Positions 59,897-64,000 of a stretch of 64,000 bases of DNA are shown in pieces. Origin of the DNA: Mariniphaga sp. (GTDB taxonomy: Bacteria; Bacteroidota; Bacteroidia; Bacteroidales; Prolixibacteraceae). Within the stretch, counting starts at the first letter, position 1. Each line of letters starts with the position of its first letter. The stretch lies in assembly GCA_010906965.1 (NCBI GenBank), contig JAAFHB010000003.1, forward strand, positions 901 to 64,900, in the 5' to 3' direction. The position numbers and the translations under genes were made by a program. The notes below the pieces were generated by a model. The model saw only the letters and a list, made by a program, of their open reading frames with translations. It was not told the DNA's origin and did not search any database.

Positions 59897-62392
59897 TTAT
59901 TCATATTTCAGCCAGGCTGTTGCGTTGCAATCCTTATCGGCAGCAAAACGAATCCAGCGCGACTGGAACGTTTCGGGAAAGCTGTATTCAAAAGTTTCTC
60001 CCGGCTTAACAGTCACCACCTTGTAATTCATCCACGGACCATGGCCAATCGGTTCTACTTCGATGGTGAAAGTAACAGTCTCTTTCGAATCGTGCGAAAG
60101 TTTCAAACTGCGTTTGTCGTAAAAGCCAATCAGGTAAGGGTCTGAAGCTATTCCGGCTTTCACAGCCGAGTTTTTCCAGGGGCCACCTTCGCCAACTGGT
60201 TTGCCCATTTGCCATAAATCGTCAATCACACCCGCCCAAACAGCCGCTTTGCCATCGGCTGAAGTTACCACATGTGGGTTCCCTTTTGAAGCGACAGCGT
60301 CCAATCCTGTCATAATCAACATTCCGCGGTACGAGGCGTAATCGAAAATGCGGAAGTTGTGAGAGGCAACCGGACGGATTTTGGCAAAACCATCCGCATT
60401 TTCTGCAGGAAGTTCATATAAAGTTCCTGAACAATTTAGCAAATCACGTTCGGTTGCTACTTCGCGACAAACGCGCAAAACGGAGCTGTTGGTCAGATTG
60501 GCATATTTCGCATTTCCTTTTGGAAGCCTCCAGCGACGACCCGATTCATCGGTAATAAGTACCGAGGCATCATCGATGGTAATTACATTTTGCGGAATGG
60601 CAAATTTTTCTCTGATAAAGGAAGCGGTCTCCTGATCCTCTTTTTTTACGAGGTTCATCAATGAATCGAGCTCATAATAACCACTTTCATTAAATGACTG
60701 ATCGGAAACAGTTCCTGCCAGAACACCCAGTTTACGGCGGTTATTGCCCAATCCCCAGAGTAATCCGGCATTAGTTTCGGTTTCAGAAACATTGGCCAGG
60801 CCAGCGAACATTGGATCGGCAGCAGCAGCGCGTTTGTCTTTTTGTGCATACGAAAAATGAACCGTGGCTTTTGTGGCTTTATCCACTTTTACACGAACCC
60901 ATTCGCCAGTTTCTGTAGCAATAAAAAGTGCATCAGCTGATTGGTTAGGATTAACAGAAACCGATTTCAAGGTTTTCCAGTTATTGTCACCTTTTTGGTC
61001 CACTTCAAAAGAAAACGATACGGCTTGCTTTCCTTCATTTTTGATCCACGCAGAGCGAACATCCCATCCTGCAAAGAGGAATGGTTCAGATACCTCGCCA
61101 GCTTTAATTTCTTCTGAAATCCACACTGCACCTTCGGCGGTGTTTGGTCCTAACTGATCAGGTTTTTCCGTTGATGTGAACCACAGGTTAGAATTAGATT
61201 GTCCAGGTCCTTCAATATTGCCCTTCACTTTTCGCTTATTGAGAAACTCCTTTTGAGCTGAATCATCGCAGCCGAAAACGAGTTGGTCGTTCCATCGGGC
61301 AAAGTCGCCAATTACTTTAAGGTAGGCTGAGCGTGGACGAATACCTGCGGAATTACCGGACGTGAATGACACCGGAAAACGCCAAAACATGCCATGCATG
61401 GTCATCAGGTAATCCGGTTTTTCGGCAGTGCCAATGTCGCGGATACGCGGCCATTCGGTGTTCCAGCCGTGGGCGCCATCGTAACTGTGGCTCGCTTTTG
61501 GTAAACGGTAAAAACTCCATTTCCCGTTGCCTCTGACCCCAACCAATACAGATTTATGATCCCAGCCGTTCACCCAGATTGGATCGGTTTCAGGATTTGA
61601 GTTGCCATAGATTCCTCCGGGACCGGTAACTTCGGTAAACTGGTTTCTTCTGATCACTTTCCACTCTTTCCCGTTCCATTCGGCCAAGACGCCCGACTTA
61701 ATATCAAATTTTTTCAACGCTTCGGGAGATGGCTCTCCGTTGTTGCTGTACACCATTACTCCCTGGCCGGAATAGAAGCCTTTCCCGTGCGCCCCTGGCA
61801 TCAGAGTTCCCTCCAAATTACCGTCCGTATCTTTACTCTTTTTTCTGGTAACATTGAGATCTTCGAATAACATCCTGGAATGAAGCGTCTTCACATCTAA
61901 TTCATAAAAACCCTCCTCCATGGTGCCATAGTAGATTTTATTTGCCGGATCGGTTAAATGCCGGGCATTCCCGGTATGACGACCTGGCATATCTTTGTAT
62001 GAGATCACGCGGACATTTCGGGCAGAATCGATGGCATACGGACCAACAAACAATTGATTGCTTTCCTTGTGAATCATGCGGTTAGCCGGAGTACCCCCGA
62101 TACTTTCAGGCCGGACAATTTTTTGAAAATCGGGTGTGATTTCATAGAGTTTATCCGATGATCCAAATGGAAGGTGAGGGCCGTAAGTGATTACCCATAA
62201 ACGATCTGCCCAAGGAACTACTGCACCTGTTCCGCATTCACCTTCGTTGTTGTAGTAGGCCAGTGTTGGATGGATGCCGCTGAATGAGGATGCTGTTTGC
62301 TTTTGTTTTTCCTGAACGGTACATCCGGTAAAAAGTATTACGGCCATCAACGAAATTAACGATCGTATGTTCATTAAATTATTTTTCTTCAT
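59897..62392 (-). CDS. Orphan 831-aa lipoprotein of unknown function in PUL (candidate novel glycan-active enzyme or binding protein)
   Basis: The ORF track starts at 62431; ATG 62392 gives MKKNNLMNIRSLISLMAVILFTGC with a lipobox. It has good coding character (about 50% GC). I recognised no family motif. The C-terminus is beta-sandwich-like. Confidence 0.7.
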   Translation of the reverse strand: MKKNNLMNIRSLISLMAVILFTGCTVQEKQKQTASSFSGIHPTLAYYNNEGECGTGAVVPWADRLWVITYGPHLPFGSSDKLYEITPDFQKIVRPESIGGTPANRMIHKESNQLFVGPYAIDSARNVRVISYKDMPGRHTGNARHLTDPANKIYYGTMEEGFYELDVKTLHSRMLFEDLNVTRKKSKDTDGNLEGTLMPGAHGKGFYSGQGVMVYSNNGEPSPEALKKFDIKSGVLAEWNGKEWKVIRRNQFTEVTGPGGIYGNSNPETDPIWVNGWDHKSVLVGVRGNGKWSFYRLPKASHSYDGAHGWNTEWPRIRDIGTAEKPDYLMTMHGMFWRFPVSFTSGNSAGIRPRSAYLKVIGDFARWNDQLVFGCDDSAQKEFLNKRKVKGNIEGPGQSNSNLWFTSTEKPDQLGPNTAEGAVWISEEIKAGEVSEPFLFAGWDVRSAWIKNEGKQAVSFSFEVDQKGDNNWKTLKSVSVNPNQSADALFIATETGEWVRVKVDKATKATVHFSYAQKDKRAAAADPMFAGLANVSETETNAGLLWGLGNNRRKLGVLAGTVSDQSFNESGYYELDSLMNLVKKEDQETASFIREKFAIPQNVITIDDASVLITDESGRRWRLPKGNAKYANLTNSSVLRVCREVATERDLLNCSGTLYELPAENADGFAKIRPVASHNFRIFDYASYRGMLIMTGLDAVASKGNPHVVTSADGKAAVWAGVIDDLWQMGKPVGEGGPWKNSAVKAGIASDPYLIGFYDKRSLKLSHDSKETVTFTIEVEPIGHGPWMNYKVVTVKPGETFEYSFPETFQSRWIRFAADKDCNATAWLKYE

Positions 62393-62488
62393 GGTAAATT
62401 GATATTTATTGGTTCTAAAAAAGGGTGACAATAAGCCACCCTTTTAATTCGATCAGAAAATTCCTGATTATGGGTTTATTGGTCTTGT

Positions 62489-62521
62489 AATGACCGGAAG
62501 ATTTCTGAACTCCCGGTCATT
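62489..62521 (-). other. Intercistronic 9-bp-stem hairpin between susD-like gene and the orphan lipoprotein gene
   Basis: AATGACCGG-N15-CCGGTCATT. No T-run follows it. Confidence 0.5.
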
Positions 62522-62534
62522 AAACCTTTAATTG

Positions 62535-64000
62535 TTAATATCCTGAGTTCTGCTTCAGGTTTGTGTTGATCAAAACTTCCTTTGATGGAATTGGCCACAA
62601 GTATTGTTTGGTGGCATCAAAATTTCGGATAGCGCCCCGTTTGACCAAACCGGCACTGTACATCGGCGCAAAATCAGCGACTCCATCGTCATCAATTTCT
62701 GGTACTTGAGGGAAAAACCACAAACCTGGTTTTACGACTTTCGTGCGTAAATCGGCAGGATCCAGCATATTGTAATTAGGAATGTTCAACACTTTAGCCG
62801 CCAATTTCCAGCGGATCAAATCCATGTAGCGTATACCTTCAAGGGCAAACTCCATGTGTCGCTCGACGCGAACAATTTTACGAAGTTCTGTTTTTGCAGT
62901 TGATGTTACTGCGGGATACAACGATGTTTGTGTAGCGGATACTTTATAAGCACGTGCACGAACTTTATTGATGGCATCAGGTACCGTTTGATCAATTTCT
63001 CCGAGCTCAATCTTAGCCTCGGCGTATATGAGCAAAACATCAGCATAACGAATAATTATCTTATCAGGTTCTGGCTGAAAAGAGTTCAGCAACCAATCGC
63101 CGTCGATCCCTTTTTTCCAGAGAAGCGCATTATACGAAGCGTACTGAGCAACCGAACGGGTATCTTTGTTATCCACTCTAGTATTTGTTGAGATTTTCAA
63201 TACTTTAAGAGAATCGGGATGTGGCTGATAGATGAAGTCTAAATGCGGCGTCTGAAATTCAACAATGGTAGCGGTACAACGTGGGTCACGGTTTTTGAAC
63301 GGTGAATGGGGGTCAAATAGAGGAGATTCGTCGATCGGCAGACCATCTTTACAAAGGAAAGCGCAAAATAATTCCCATGTTGGGAATTTGGCACCCCAGC
63401 CACCTGCGTTACGATTAATATAGTCCTGACAACCTCCCAACGTAACTTTTAGGACGACAGATCGAGGCAAGGCAAATATAGTTTCAGCTGAATTTTTCGT
63501 TTTAGACAGAAATAAGGTTGAAAAATCGGTATATAAACTGTAATTGCCCATATCGATGCATGCCTTAGCTGCATCGCGTGCAACTGCAAAATCACCCATA
63601 TACAAGGCGATACGCGCTTTCATAGCCAGTGCCGCGCCTTTGGTGGCCCGTTTTAATTCATTCGATCCATAACTGACCGGCAGATTAGCTGTGGCAAAAT
63701 CATAATCATCATAAATTGCCTTCAGAATTGTAGCTTTCGGCGTTTGAGATAATGCAAATGACTCTTCCAAAGTCATTACTTCGGTAAAATACACCACATC
63801 ACCAAAATGGGCAATAAGTGTTGAGTACTGTGCAGCGCGAACAAACCGGGCTTCAGCTTTAAATTTATTCAGGGTTGCATCAGGAATTGTACCTGCAACT
63901 TTATCGACATTTGCCAATATGGTATTTGTTCGTGAAATTGCTTTATAGGAATTGGTCCAGAGCGTATTGACAAAGTCTGTCTGCCCATTAATTGTTGCAC
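62535..64000 (-). CDS. susD: SusD/RagB-family lipoprotein (partial; 5' end beyond window end)
   Basis: The ORF track starts at 63917, but the frame stays open to 64000 (hand translation ...ATINGQTDFVNTLWTNSYKAISRTNTILANVDKV...). Typical SusD blocks are ARFVRAAQYSTLIAHFGDV and LLIYAEAKIELGE. Confidence 0.9.
   Translation of the reverse strand, partial: ATINGQTDFVNTLWTNSYKAISRTNTILANVDKVAGTIPDATLNKFKAEARFVRAAQYSTLIAHFGDVVYFTEVMTLEESFALSQTPKATILKAIYDDYDFATANLPVSYGSNELKRATKGAALAMKARIALYMGDFAVARDAAKACIDMGNYSLYTDFSTLFLSKTKNSAETIFALPRSVVLKVTLGGCQDYINRNAGGWGAKFPTWELFCAFLCKDGLPIDESPLFDPHSPFKNRDPRCTATIVEFQTPHLDFIYQPHPDSLKVLKISTNTRVDNKDTRSVAQYASYNALLWKKGIDGDWLLNSFQPEPDKIIIRYADVLLIYAEAKIELGEIDQTVPDAINKVRARAYKVSATQTSLYPAVTSTAKTELRKIVRVERHMEFALEGIRYMDLIRWKLAAKVLNIPNYNMLDPADLRTKVVKPGLWFFPQVPEIDDDGVADFAPMYSAGLVKRGAIRNFDATKQYLWPIPSKEVLINTNLKQNSGY

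Overview
This is a Bacteroidota-type chromosome segment, judged from two SusC/SusD-type units, many lipoproteins and TAnnTTTG -7 boxes. I found no rRNA, tRNA, CRISPR array, transposase or integrase. About 1-25.5 kb is mostly housekeeping. It holds a Mg2+ transport cluster: a partial NRAMP-family gene with NRMT-like motifs, a soluble MgtE-N/CBS protein and a divergent CorA. It also holds recG, a MacAB/TolC-type efflux operon with two adaptor paralogs, a PduO-type adenosyltransferase, an OstA-like/SurA envelope chaperone block and guaB. A RecQ / DUF5063-like / 3'-5' exonuclease trio, an RlmI-like methyltransferase and a DEAD-box helicase complete this part. From about 25.6 kb the window is accessory and glycan-focused. 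It starts with a decayed non-coding patch carrying REP-like hairpins and a broken MBL-fold gene, followed by GH127 and GH51 arabinofuranosidases. Next comes an envelope cluster of acyltransferase_3, a GH20-like protein, a NagX/HGSNAT-like protein, a CxxCH beta-propeller lipoprotein and a large polytopic membrane protein. A long minus-strand polysaccharide utilization locus (PUL) occupies 38.9-64 kb. It contains SusC/SusD, GH36, a Tat-exported tandem-FAD/HEAT protein, CstA, an FMN_bind-like/HEAT protein, GH76, a CBM-like FAD oxidoreductase, GH2, an AT-rich AAA+/DUF4143 ATPase, an 844-aa orphan lipoprotein and a second, partial SusD. The best novelty candidates are (i) the three predicted envelope flavoproteins interleaved with glycoside hydrolases in the PUL, which may form an oxidative glycan-processing module; (ii) the 844-aa orphan lipoprotein next to SusD; (iii) the CxxCH propeller plus polytopic membrane protein pair; and (iv) the NRMT-like transporter coupled to a detached MgtE sensor domain. 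All family calls come from reading the translations by eye. No database search was run.
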